Below are positions 1 to 9,162 of a DNA stretch of 25,854 nucleotides, in pieces; position 1 is the first letter of the stretch, and every line of letters starts with the position of its first letter. The stretch spans positions 53,999-79,852 of the forward strand of contig JBHEMM010000001.1 in NCBI GenBank assembly GCA_046262595.1, written 5' to 3'. The DNA is from Vulcanimicrobiaceae bacterium. GTDB lineage: Bacteria; Vulcanimicrobiota; Vulcanimicrobiia; Vulcanimicrobiales; Vulcanimicrobiaceae. Made by a program: the position numbers and the translations under genes. The notes below the pieces were generated by a model. That model was not told the DNA's origin and made no database searches. It worked only from the letters and a program-made list of their open reading frames with translations.

Positions 1-2
1 CG

Positions 3-1265
3 TTCGGCACCGTGCGTCCCGACGCCGGCACCGTTAGCGCTTCGGGCAACGTCGGTTTAGTGCATCAGCATTTCGAGCTCGTGGGACGTCTGCGCGTCTG
101 GCAGAACGTTTTGCTCGGGCGCGAGCCGCGCCGGGGATGGCGCATCGACGTGCGCGATGCGCGCGAACGCGTGCTCGAATTAGCGCAGAACAACGCGCTC
201 ACAATCGATCCCGACGCCTTCGTGGACGACCTGCCCGTGGGCGTGCAGCAGCGCGTCGAACTGCTGCGGGAGCTGGAGCGTAACCCGGCCGTGCTGCTTT
301 TGGACGAACCCACAGCCGCGTTGGCGCCCGCCGAGATCGCGGCCTTTTTCGCGACGGTCGCGCAGCTGGCACGCCGGGGTACCGCCGTCTTGATCATCAC
401 GCATAAACTGCAGGAAGTGCTCGCGTACACCTCGCGCGTGAGCGTCATGCGCCACGGAAAAATCATCGCGCGCTTCGAGACCGCGAAGACCAGCGCCGAC
501 GAGATCGCTCGCGCGATGGTCGGCGGCGATTTGCCTGCCCTCGCGAAGGCGGCACCTTCGCGCGGCGGCGTCGCGCTGCGCGTGCAGAACCTTAGCGCCG
601 GCGCAGGCAGCACGGCGGCGCACGATCTTTCGTTCGAGGTGCGTGCCGGCGAAATCGTCGGCATCGCGGGCGTCGAGGGCAACGGGCAAACGGCGCTTGG
701 CGACGCGCTGGCCTGCATGATTCCGTACGAGGGCAGCATTGAACGCAGCGGCCGGGCCGGCATCATTCCGCAAGACCGTCAGCGCGAGGCGCTCGTGCTC
801 GATTGGAGCATCGTGGAGAACGTGGTGCTCGGACGTCAGCACCTTGCGGCAAACCGCAAAGGCATGCTGCTGGACGGCGCCGCCGCGCGCGCGAACGCGA
901 ACGCGGTGATCGAACGCCTGGACGTGCGCGCGGCTTCGCCGGATGTTGCGGTGAAGACGCTCTCGGGCGGCAATCAGCAGAAAGTCGTCGTCGGCCGCGC
1001 TTTGCTCGACGAGCCGCCGATCATCTTGGCGTATCAGCCCACGCGCGGCATCGACGTCGGCGCGGCGGCGCTGGTGCAGTCGCGCCTCATCGAAGCGCGC
1101 AACGCGGGTGCGGCAATCGTCTTGGTGTCGTTCGAACTCGACGAGCTGCTCGCGCTCTCGGATCGCATTCTTGTTTTTTACCGCGGAACGATCGCCGGAA
1201 CGTTTGCACGCGGCGAATTCGATCGCGGAAAGATCGGCGAATTGATGGCGGGGTCGAAAGCATGA
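3..1265 (+). CDS. ABC transporter ATP-binding protein, CUT2/nucleoside type with two ATPase domains (5'-truncated by window edge)
   Basis: Frame open from base 3. Motifs VHQHF (Q-loop), LPVGVQQRVE, LLLDEPT, ITHKL, GIAGVEGNGQ, LSGGNQQK and QPTRGIDVGA. Confidence 0.95.
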   Translation, partial: FGTVRPDAGTVSASGNVGLVHQHFELVGRLRVWQNVLLGREPRRGWRIDVRDARERVLELAQNNALTIDPDAFVDDLPVGVQQRVELLRELERNPAVLLLDEPTAALAPAEIAAFFATVAQLARRGTAVLIITHKLQEVLAYTSRVSVMRHGKIIARFETAKTSADEIARAMVGGDLPALAKAAPSRGGVALRVQNLSAGAGSTAAHDLSFEVRAGEIVGIAGVEGNGQTALGDALACMIPYEGSIERSGRAGIIPQDRQREALVLDWSIVENVVLGRQHLAANRKGMLLDGAAARANANAVIERLDVRAASPDVAVKTLSGGNQQKVVVGRALLDEPPIILAYQPTRGIDVGAAALVQSRLIEARNAGAAIVLVSFELDELLALSDRILVFYRGTIAGTFARGEFDRGKIGELMAGSKA

Positions 1266-2263
1266 GATCGCTGCGCGCACTGGTCTTGGCGTTCGCTTTG
1301 GCGGCGCTCGCGATGCTGATTGCGGGCGTAAGCCCCGTCGACGGCTTTTGGGCGCTGTTCGTCGGCGCGCTCGGCGGCCGGCAGCAGATCGCCGAAACGC
1401 TCGTGCAAACGACCGCGCTGTTATTTCCCGCCCTGGGCATCACACTCGCATTTCGCGCGGGCTTGTTCAACATCGGCGCGGAGGGCCAACTGATCGTCGG
1501 CGGCTTAGCGGCAGGAGCGTTGGGCGCGCACTTCAGCGGGCCGGCCTTTTTTGCGGTGCCCGCGCTGCTCGTTGTGGGATGCATCGGCGGCGGAGTGTGG
1601 GGCGGCATTGCAGGCTGGCTGCGCGCGCGCTTTCATGCCAGCGAGATCATATCGACGCTGATGCTCAACTTCGTCGCGTTTTCATTTGCGAACTATCTGG
1701 TCTCCGGGCCGCTGCGCACCTCAAGCGCCGCGGGTGCGGAAACCGCCATCCTGCCAGCCGCATCGTCCTTACCGCTGCTTATTCCGGGCACGCGCCTATC
1801 GATCGCTTTGCTGATCGCGCTCGCCGCCGCGCTGCTGCTCCGCTGGATCTTCACGCGCACCGTTTTCGGCTTCGAACTGCGCGCAGCCGGCGCTGCACCC
1901 GAAGCGGCGCGGCGCGGCGGCGTCAACATGCCGCGCATGACCTTGCTTGCTATGACGTTCTCGGGTGCCATTGCCGGTCTCGGCGGCGCGACGCTCGTAA
2001 CCGGCGTGCTGCACCGCTTCAATACGCAGCTTTCTCCGGGCTACGGTTACACCGCAATCGCGGTTGCGCTCGTCGGCGATCTCAATCCGCTCTGGGTGTG
2101 CGTTGCCGCGTTCGGCTTCGGCATTTTGGAAGCCGGCGGTTTGGCGATGCAAGCCCTCGCCGACGTGCCGAAGGATTCCATTCACATCATCGAGGGCCTC
2201 ATCATTCTCGTGCTCGCGGCGCGGCGGTACGTGGCGACGCGCACGCAGAGCGCGCCCGTATGA
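1262..2263 (+). CDS. ABC transporter permease (nucleoside/sugar, BPD_transp_2 family)
   Basis: ATG at 1262 overlaps the upstream TGA (ATGA). Motifs AFRAGLFNIGAEGQ, SEIISTLMLNF and GYGYTAIAVALVG; multiple TM segments. Confidence 0.93.
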   Translation: MRSLRALVLAFALAALAMLIAGVSPVDGFWALFVGALGGRQQIAETLVQTTALLFPALGITLAFRAGLFNIGAEGQLIVGGLAAGALGAHFSGPAFFAVPALLVVGCIGGGVWGGIAGWLRARFHASEIISTLMLNFVAFSFANYLVSGPLRTSSAAGAETAILPAASSLPLLIPGTRLSIALLIALAAALLLRWIFTRTVFGFELRAAGAAPEAARRGGVNMPRMTLLAMTFSGAIAGLGGATLVTGVLHRFNTQLSPGYGYTAIAVALVGDLNPLWVCVAAFGFGILEAGGLAMQALADVPKDSIHIIEGLIILVLAARRYVATRTQSAPV

Positions 2264-3129
2264 GCGGGGGCGCGGCGCTGGCCGCCACGCTCATCACCCT
2301 CACGCTGATCAAAGCTGCGCCCATCGTCTATGCGGCGCTTGGCGGTGTGATCTCCGAGCGGTCGGGCGTCATCAACATCGGGCTGGAAGGCATGATGATC
2401 GCGGGCGCGTTCGCGGCGGTGTACGTTTCCGGAGCAAGCGGGAGCCCGCTGCTCGGAATGCTTTGCGGCATCGGGGCGGGAGCGTTGTTCGGCCTGATCC
2501 TCGGCATTGCGGCGACGCGTTTTAAAGTAGACCAGATTGTCGCCGGAACCGGCATCAATCTTGTCGCCGCCGGCGCGGCGGCATTCGCGCTTACGCTAAT
2601 CTACAACCAGCCCGGTTCGAGCCCGCAAGTGCCCGCACTGGGCAACGCGGTGTGGTGGCTCGTCGCGTTTGCATTCGTCTGTGCGCTCGCGCTGCACGGC
2701 GCGCTCTACGCCACGCCGTGGGGATTGCGCGTGCGTGCTTGCGGCGAAAATCCCCAGGCGGTCAAAGATGCTGCGCTCGATCCTTTGCGCCTGCGCGTGC
2801 AAGCGGTTCTTTTGAGCGGTGCGCTTGCCGGTCTGGGCGGCGCTTTTCTTTCGATCGGCGAGGTCAACATCTTCTCCGACGGCATGACCGCAGGCCGCGG
2901 CTTCATCGCGCTTGCCGCCGTGATCTTCGGCCGCTGGACTCCGTGGGGCGCCACGGGAGCGGCAATCTTCTTCGGTTTCTTCGAAGCGCTCGAATACGTG
3001 CTGCAAGGACGGATCGGCTGGCTCCCGAGCGATGCCATGCAGGCGGTGCCCTACGTAGCCGCGCTCGTTGCGATCGCGGGCATCGTGGGCAAAGTGCGCG
3101 CGCCGGCTGCGGACGGCGTTCCGTACTGA
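2260..3129 (+). CDS. ABC transporter permease (second subunit)
   Basis: ATGA overlap at 2260. Motifs ISERSGVINIGLEG, GLRVRACGENP and GRGFIALAAVIFGRW; ends APAADGVPY. Confidence 0.93.
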   Translation: MSGGAALAATLITLTLIKAAPIVYAALGGVISERSGVINIGLEGMMIAGAFAAVYVSGASGSPLLGMLCGIGAGALFGLILGIAATRFKVDQIVAGTGINLVAAGAAAFALTLIYNQPGSSPQVPALGNAVWWLVAFAFVCALALHGALYATPWGLRVRACGENPQAVKDAALDPLRLRVQAVLLSGALAGLGGAFLSIGEVNIFSDGMTAGRGFIALAAVIFGRWTPWGATGAAIFFGFFEALEYVLQGRIGWLPSDAMQAVPYVAALVAIAGIVGKVRAPAADGVPY

Positions 3130-3172
3130 CCGCCCCTTGTGTAAAGCCGCCGGATAGCCGATAGTAAAAGAA

Positions 3173-4132
3173 ATGCGGATAGCCCTTGCGCTCGCGTTCG
3201 TTATCGCGCAAATGCAGTTACCGTTTCCACTTGCGCATCTGCAAGCGACGCTGGCAATCGCCGCCTCCCGCGCGCCCGGCGTCACGGGTGTGGCCGTGCG
3301 CGATCTGGGCAGCGCCTACGTTTCCGGATACAACATGCATCAAGTGATGCCGGCCGCATCGACGATAAAGATCCCGATCATGGTTGAAGTGTTCCGTCAA
3401 ATGGAAGAAGGCAATTTCGATCTGAACCGGCGCGTCGAACTGCTCGAGGGCGATCGTGATTGGGGCTCGGGCGCGATCGCCGGCTCGCCGGTGGGATCGA
3501 GCTACGCCGTTTCGGCGCTGCTCACGCAGATGATCACCGTGAGCGACAACACGGCTGCCAATATGCTGATTCGCCTCGTCGGACGGCGCCACATCAATCA
3601 GACGATGCAGCGGCTGGGCCTCGACCACACGATGCTCACCGACTCAATCCATACCGAAGGCTGGAGTGTGCGCTTGACGCTGCGCACCACGCCGTCGGAC
3701 ATGGTGGGCCTGCTGGCCAAGATGGCGAAGAAGCAGTTGGTGGACCGCTGGTCCTCACAGCAGATGATCGATATCCTGGAACATCAAGAGATCAATACGC
3801 TGCTTCCCGAACCGCTGCCGGCGATACCGATAGCGCACAAGACCGGTTCGTTCGACGACACGCTCAACGACGTTGGAATTGTCTATGCCGACCAGCCCTA
3901 CGTCATCGCGGTTCTCACCACCAATTTGTCGTCGCTGCCGGCGGGGCGCCAGTTCATCCGGCGCGTTTCGAAGATGGCCTACAGCAATTTTCAGGCACTG
4001 GCGCGGCTGCGCGCGAGCGGCTTACTCGATGCGCAGCCCGAACCGCAGACAACGGCCCCGGCGGACGGCGGCAGTCAAGGCGACGCCTCGATGTGGGCAA
4101 CGCCGCAACCCTCCCCCTCGGCCTCGCCTTAA
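3173..4132 (+). CDS. Secreted serine hydrolase, class A beta-lactamase/PBP-A-like fold
   Basis: Signal-peptide-like N-terminus; SxxK (ASTIK), SDN (VSDNTAAN) and KTG (HKTGS) motifs; low-complexity Pro/Ser/Gln tail. Confidence 0.9.
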   Translation: MRIALALAFVIAQMQLPFPLAHLQATLAIAASRAPGVTGVAVRDLGSAYVSGYNMHQVMPAASTIKIPIMVEVFRQMEEGNFDLNRRVELLEGDRDWGSGAIAGSPVGSSYAVSALLTQMITVSDNTAANMLIRLVGRRHINQTMQRLGLDHTMLTDSIHTEGWSVRLTLRTTPSDMVGLLAKMAKKQLVDRWSSQQMIDILEHQEINTLLPEPLPAIPIAHKTGSFDDTLNDVGIVYADQPYVIAVLTTNLSSLPAGRQFIRRVSKMAYSNFQALARLRASGLLDAQPEPQTTAPADGGSQGDASMWATPQPSPSASP

Positions 4133-5085
4133 ACGCCTCGCGCTAGGCGGTCACCTTTTGTGGCGTAAACTCGCGTGAGCCAATGCTCGTAACGCGACTC
4201 TTGTGCGCGAACGGCGCGTTCGTAGAACCGCGACAGATTCTGCGTCACCGGACCCATCGTTCCGTCGCCGACGGTGCGGCGATCCACCGAACTGACGTGC
4301 ACCACGCCGACTGCCGTGCCGGTGAAAAAAATTTCGTCCGCAGCATACAGCTCGCTGCGATCGATCGAACGCTCGATGATGTCCAGACCGAATTGCGCCG
4401 TTGCGATTTCGATGATCGAGCGGCGCGTGCAGCCCTCTAGGATATTCTGCGAGGGATCCGGTGTGTACAGCTTGCCGGCTTTGACGATGAACAGATTCTC
4501 TGCCGATCCTTCGGCGACGTGCCCGTCGTGCGAGAGCATGATCGCCTCGTCGAATCCGTTCGCGATCGCTTCGCTTTTCGCCAGCGCACTGTTGACGTAG
4601 AGGCCGGTAATCTTCGCGCGCGGAGGCGCCGCGGAATCGTCGGCGCGCCGCCACGAACTTACGCCGGATTTGAGGCCCACGGAGGCATCGAAGTACCGCG
4701 TGAACGGGATCGGGATAATGGCCAGCGCATCCGGCACGCCGTGCAGGCGCACGCCGACGTCTTCGGCGGATTTATAGATGCACGGACGGATGTAGATGTC
4801 GGTTTCAAAGCCGTTGCGGGTAACGAGCTGGACCGTGACGTCTATCAATTCGTTGACCGTGAGCGGCAGCTCCATCAAAAGGATCTTCGCGGAGATCGCC
4901 AGGCGCTCGTAATGCTGGCGCAGCTGCACTAAGAACAGCTGCGACTGCTCGGGCACCCAATAGCCGCGAATGCCTTCAAAGCACCCCGTGCCGTACTGCA
5001 GACCGTGGGTGAGCAGCCCCACTTTCGCGTCCTCGTACGCGCAGAATTTTCCGCCGGCAAAGACCGTGATTCGACTCAGATTCAT
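4129..5085 (-). CDS. ilvE: Branched-chain amino acid aminotransferase (class IV PLP enzyme)
   Basis: Start MNLSRITVFAGG at 5085. Motifs THGLQYGTGCFEGIRGY, YIRP, AKITGLYVNS, EGSAENLF, ILEGCTR and EIFFTGTA. Confidence 0.95.
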   Translation of the reverse strand: MNLSRITVFAGGKFCAYEDAKVGLLTHGLQYGTGCFEGIRGYWVPEQSQLFLVQLRQHYERLAISAKILLMELPLTVNELIDVTVQLVTRNGFETDIYIRPCIYKSAEDVGVRLHGVPDALAIIPIPFTRYFDASVGLKSGVSSWRRADDSAAPPRAKITGLYVNSALAKSEAIANGFDEAIMLSHDGHVAEGSAENLFIVKAGKLYTPDPSQNILEGCTRRSIIEIATAQFGLDIIERSIDRSELYAADEIFFTGTAVGVVHVSSVDRRTVGDGTMGPVTQNLSRFYERAVRAQESRYEHWLTRVYATKGDRLARGV

Positions 5086-5155
5086 GACGGCCAGATTCCG
5101 GCGGCGCGAGCCGATTCCCGGGGGTGCCGCCAAATCGCGGTAGAAACGACGCACC
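5086..5155. promoter_or_regulatory. Divergent promoter region with SigH-like GG...GAA elements on both strands
   Basis: Minus strand: GGGAAT (5119-5114) and GAAT (5098-5095), with 10 nt between the GAA and the ilvE ATG. Plus strand: G-run 5120-5124 and GAA 5143-5145, 10 nt before ATG 5156. No SD for either gene. Confidence 0.45.
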
Positions 5156-7420
5156 ATGAAACGCCGCATCGCCATGCTGATGGCCCTCGCCCTGCTCGCC
5201 GCGCCCGCCGTGATCGCGGCCGGCGGTCCCGTCACGCTGCCAACGGGCTGGCGGCTGCAGCCGCCGCAGGGAGCGCGCGTGGCTCTGGGCACGATGCCGC
5301 AAGGGATCGCACTCTCACCCGACGGCACGATGCTAGCGGTCGTCGAGTCCGGCGTCGATCCGGCGGCCCTTCGCATCTTCGAGGTGCCTTCGCTGCATTT
5401 GCTTGCGAACGTGCAGTTACCGGGCGCGTTCGGCGCGCCGGTTTGGAACGGAAACGCTTCAATCCTCGTCGCCGGCGCGAACGCAGACGCGGTTTTCACC
5501 GTCTCGCCCCGCACGCTTGCTGCGGCCGCCGGCGCGCCGCCGAAAACACCGCTGGCCAAGGATTCGTGGCCTGCTGCCGTTGCCGTGCAAACCGGCGGCG
5601 CATCGCCGGTGATTGCAAGTGCAAACGACGGGGACGGTACGGCGACGATCGGCAGTGTCAGCGTTCCGGTCGGCGCGCATCCCAGCGCCGTAGCGTTCTC
5701 TAAAAGCGGCGCGGTGCTCTACGTTGCCGTCCGCGGCACGAACGAAGTGGTTGCGATCGACGCCGCTTCGAAAACGATCGGCGCGCGAATTCCGGTCGGC
5801 CTTCATCCCGGCGCGCTCGCGCTTTCGGCCGACGGCAACGCGCTCTACGTCGCGGAGAGCGACGACGATAGCGTCGGCGTGATCGATACCGCGACGAACC
5901 GGCGCATGGGCGGCATCGACGTCGGCTTGCACGCGCCGCGGCTGCGCGGTAACGGTGCCTCGCCGAATGCGCTGCTGGTGCACGGCGGCGATCTATTCGT
6001 TTCGCTGGGCGCGCAAAACAGCGTTGCGCTCGTGCGCGGGGGACGTGTCGTGGAACGCATTCCCGCCGGGTGGTATCCGACGGGCCTGGCGCTCGGCAGT
6101 GACGGCACGCTGTATATCGCAAACGGGCGCGGTGAGGGCGCACCGGCGAACCCCGCATTCGATCCGCTCAAGCGCGGTTCGCCCGGCTATGTCGGATCGC
6201 TGAACACCGGGTCGCTTCGCGCTATCCCCGCTGCCGCCTACGCGCACGCCGCGATGGAAACGCAGCTCGTGCTTGCTGCGGCGCAGCCGCAGTGGATCGC
6301 GGCGCCGCAGCGCACCGTCGTGCGCGCGCACGGACCGATCGCGCACATCATCTACGTCATCAAAGAGAACCGGACATACGACCAGGTGCTGGGCGACCTT
6401 GCGCCCGGCAACGGCGATCCGGCGCTCGCGATGTTCGGCGAGCGCATCACGCCCAATCAGCACGCGCTCGCGCGGCGGTTCGGCGTTTTCGATAACGCTT
6501 ATACCGACGCCGAGGTCAGCGCGTCGGGACACAACTGGACGGACGCGGCCATCGCGAACGACTACGTCGAGCGTTTCTGGCCGCCGAACTACGGCGGGCG
6601 CCGGCCGTTGTACGATGCGCAGGACGGCGCCGCACCCGACGTTCCCCGCAACGGATATCTCTGGGATGCGGCGCGCCGGGCGCATGTGACGTTCCGCGAT
6701 TACGGCGAAGACATCGATTTTCCGGCGCACGGTCTGAAGATTGCGATCGACACGTTCCGCGGTTTGACGGGCGCATACGATCCGCGGTACGTCGGGTGGG
6801 ATCTGCACACGGGCGACGACGCGCGCTACGAAGAATGGCGCCGCGAATTCGCGCAGTTCGTCTCGCACAGCAATCTTCCTCAGTTCGAGATGGTCTATCT
6901 TCCGAACGATCACACCGCCGGAACCTCGCCCGGGATGCCGACACCGCAAGCGTATCTGGCGGCAAACGATTACGCCGTCGGCCGTGTGGTGCAGACGGTG
7001 AGCCGTTCGCGATATTGGAAGTCGACAGCGATTTTCGTGCTGGAAGACGACGCGCAGAACGGACCGGATCACGTAAGCGATCAGCGTTCCACGTTCTATA
7101 TTGCGAGCCCGTACGCTAAAGGCGGCATCCAGCACGCGCATTACTCGACCTCGTCGTTCGTGCATACGATCGAACTGATTCTCGGCTTGCCGCCGCTCTC
7201 GATCTACGACGCGACCGCACGGCCGCTGTACGACGCGTTTGCAACGCGTGCGGTAAACGCGGCGCCGTTCATAGCGCGCGTCCCGCGAACCGACATGCGG
7301 GCGGTAAACGGCAAAACGGCTTACAACGCGGCGGTCAGCGCCCGTCTGAACTTTAGCCGGCCGGATGCCGCGAACGAGACGCAGTTGAACGACATCCTCG
7401 CGCACAGCGCGACGCGCTGA
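5156..7420 (+). CDS. Secreted YVTN/YncE beta-propeller + alkaline-phosphatase-superfamily phosphoesterase
   Basis: Signal peptide; repeats of the type VG.HP.A.A.S..G..LYVA; C-terminal motifs YVIKENRTYDQVLGD, SASGHNW, LPNDHTAG and EDDAQNGPDHV. Confidence 0.9.
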   Translation: MKRRIAMLMALALLAAPAVIAAGGPVTLPTGWRLQPPQGARVALGTMPQGIALSPDGTMLAVVESGVDPAALRIFEVPSLHLLANVQLPGAFGAPVWNGNASILVAGANADAVFTVSPRTLAAAAGAPPKTPLAKDSWPAAVAVQTGGASPVIASANDGDGTATIGSVSVPVGAHPSAVAFSKSGAVLYVAVRGTNEVVAIDAASKTIGARIPVGLHPGALALSADGNALYVAESDDDSVGVIDTATNRRMGGIDVGLHAPRLRGNGASPNALLVHGGDLFVSLGAQNSVALVRGGRVVERIPAGWYPTGLALGSDGTLYIANGRGEGAPANPAFDPLKRGSPGYVGSLNTGSLRAIPAAAYAHAAMETQLVLAAAQPQWIAAPQRTVVRAHGPIAHIIYVIKENRTYDQVLGDLAPGNGDPALAMFGERITPNQHALARRFGVFDNAYTDAEVSASGHNWTDAAIANDYVERFWPPNYGGRRPLYDAQDGAAPDVPRNGYLWDAARRAHVTFRDYGEDIDFPAHGLKIAIDTFRGLTGAYDPRYVGWDLHTGDDARYEEWRREFAQFVSHSNLPQFEMVYLPNDHTAGTSPGMPTPQAYLAANDYAVGRVVQTVSRSRYWKSTAIFVLEDDAQNGPDHVSDQRSTFYIASPYAKGGIQHAHYSTSSFVHTIELILGLPPLSIYDATARPLYDAFATRAVNAAPFIARVPRTDMRAVNGKTAYNAAVSARLNFSRPDAANETQLNDILAHSATR

Positions 7421-8133
7421 TGCATCCGCTCGTAGCCGCCGGCACCGCAGGCCTCGCGTCCGCACTCGAATTCGTCGAAGCGGCAACCATCGTTCTCGCC
7501 GTGGGCTACACCGCAGGATGGCGCGTTGCGCTGCGCGCAACCGCCGCAGCGGCTGCTGTGCTCGTCGTTATCTGCGCGGTCCTTGGGCCCGCGCTGCTGC
7601 TGTACGTGCCGCTCACCGTTTTAAAAACCGTCATCGGCATTTTTCTGATTCTTTTCGGTTACACGTGGCTGCGCAAGGCGATTTGGCGTTACTCGGGCCG
7701 CAAGGCGTTGCGCAACGAACAGGCGGCATTCGACAAAGAGATCGCCCAGCTCGCACGCCGCGAAGAACGCTTTGCCTTTGCCGCGGCTTTCAACGGCGTG
7801 CTGCTCGAAGGTCTCGAAGTCGCCGTTATTATCGTCACGTTTGCCGCCGCAAATGCGGGGAGCATGCTCTGGGCCGCGGGCGGCGCTGCCGTTGCAGGTC
7901 TGCTCGTCGCGATCGCCGCCGTTGCGCTGCGCAAACCGTTCTCGCGCATTCCGGAGAACGCGATGGGTTTCGTCGTGGGCATCATGCTGCTTTCGTTTGG
8001 AACGTTTTGGAGCGGCGAAGGACTGGGCTTGGCGTGGTGGTCGGGCGAGGCAACGCTGCTGTACCTGGTGGCGGCGTACGCGGCGACGGCGCTTGTTACG
8101 ATCGCGGCTTGGCGCACGAGGGCGGCGGCGTGA
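7420..8133 (+). CDS. COG4280-like membrane protein (FTR1-like ExxE motifs; putative metal transporter)
   Basis: TGATG overlap with upstream gene. About 6-7 TM helices; two internal repeats LEFVEAATIVLAVG and LEGLEVAVIIVTF; PFSRIPENAM..VVG..L..FG.FW.GEG. Confidence 0.75.
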   Translation: MHPLVAAGTAGLASALEFVEAATIVLAVGYTAGWRVALRATAAAAAVLVVICAVLGPALLLYVPLTVLKTVIGIFLILFGYTWLRKAIWRYSGRKALRNEQAAFDKEIAQLARREERFAFAAAFNGVLLEGLEVAVIIVTFAAANAGSMLWAAGGAAVAGLLVAIAAVALRKPFSRIPENAMGFVVGIMLLSFGTFWSGEGLGLAWWSGEATLLYLVAAYAATALVTIAAWRTRAAA

Positions 8134-8303
8134 ACGGAATCCTGAAGTTCGTTTCCGGGCAGTCGCGTGTTACGCCGGTAGGCGTCGCAATCGCGCTCGG
8201 CGCGATGCTCGCGCTCGGGCATCGCGTGCCGTGGGCCGCGCCGCTCTACCTGGCATTGCTAGCTATCACGCTTGTGGCAAGCACGTTCGAGCGCGTGAGG
8301 TAA
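8130..8303 (+). CDS. Small (57 aa) two-TM membrane protein, not called separately in the ORF track
   Basis: GTGA overlap at 8130; MNGILKFVSGQSRVTPVGVAIALGAMLALGHRVPWAAPLYLALLAITLVASTFERVR. Fills the gap up to fdhD. Confidence 0.7.
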   Translation: MNGILKFVSGQSRVTPVGVAIALGAMLALGHRVPWAAPLYLALLAITLVASTFERVR

Positions 8304-8307
8304 ACGC

Positions 8308-9162
8308 GTGGACGCGCTCCCCGAGCGGCCGGGCCTCACGACGGCCGCACGCATCACGAGGTACGACGGCGCAACAATGCGGGATGCGGTCGATGATTTA
8401 GCGACGGAAGAGCCGCTCGAGATCCGCCTGCTTGCCGGCGGACAGACAAAACGGGCGGCGCTCACGATGCGCACGCCCGGAGCCGACTTCGAACTGGCGG
8501 CCGGCTTTTTGCTCGGCGAGGGCGTCATCGCCGCGGCCGACGATGTCGCTTCGATAACGTACTGCCTGGATCCGGACGTCCAAGCCGATCAGCGCTATAA
8601 CATCCTAAGCGTTTCACTCAAGCGCGGCGCGATGCCGGACCTCGAGCGTTTGGAACGGCATTTCTCGGCCGGAAGCGCTTGCGGCGTCTGCGGCAAAGCG
8701 ACGATCGAATCGCTTCGCGTGCGCGCCCCGCGCATACGCGCGAGCACGATCGTCCCGACGGCCGTGATCGCTTCCCTCGGGCCCGTAATGCGGCAGGCGC
8801 AGCGCGTTTTCTCATCCACCGGTGGACTGCACGCAGCCGCACTGTTCGACGCGGGGGGGCAACTGCTCGTGCTCCGCGAGGATGTCGGCCGCCACAACGC
8901 CGTGGATAAAGTGGTGGGCTGGGCGCTCCTGAACGGCAAATTTCCGCTGGCAGAAACGATCTTGCTGGTCAGCGGGCGGGCAAGTTACGAACTCGTGCAG
9001 AAGAGCATCGTCGCCCGCATACCCGTGCTCTGCGCCGTGTCGGCTCCGAGCAGTTTGGCCGTGCAGCTCGCGCGCGAATTTGATCTGACGCTGCTGGGAT
9101 TCGTACGCGGCGAGCGCGCGAACATTTATTCCGGCGCGGAGCGGATCGGCGTTCCGGACTGA
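8308..9162 (+). CDS. fdhD: Formate dehydrogenase accessory sulfurtransferase FdhD
   Basis: Motifs EEPLEI, MRTPG.DFELAAGFL.GEG, SACGVCG, TGGLHAAA, REDVGRHNAVDK, SGRASYELVQK and SAPSSLAV. Confidence 0.95.
   Translation: MDALPERPGLTTAARITRYDGATMRDAVDDLATEEPLEIRLLAGGQTKRAALTMRTPGADFELAAGFLLGEGVIAAADDVASITYCLDPDVQADQRYNILSVSLKRGAMPDLERLERHFSAGSACGVCGKATIESLRVRAPRIRASTIVPTAVIASLGPVMRQAQRVFSSTGGLHAAALFDAGGQLLVLREDVGRHNAVDKVVGWALLNGKFPLAETILLVSGRASYELVQKSIVARIPVLCAVSAPSSLAVQLAREFDLTLLGFVRGERANIYSGAERIGVPD

Noticed and set aside
3142..3164. Sigma28-like promoter TAAA...GCCGATAG before the serine hydrolase
   Set aside because: The -10 match is good, but only 11 nt separate it from TAAA, against about 15 expected.
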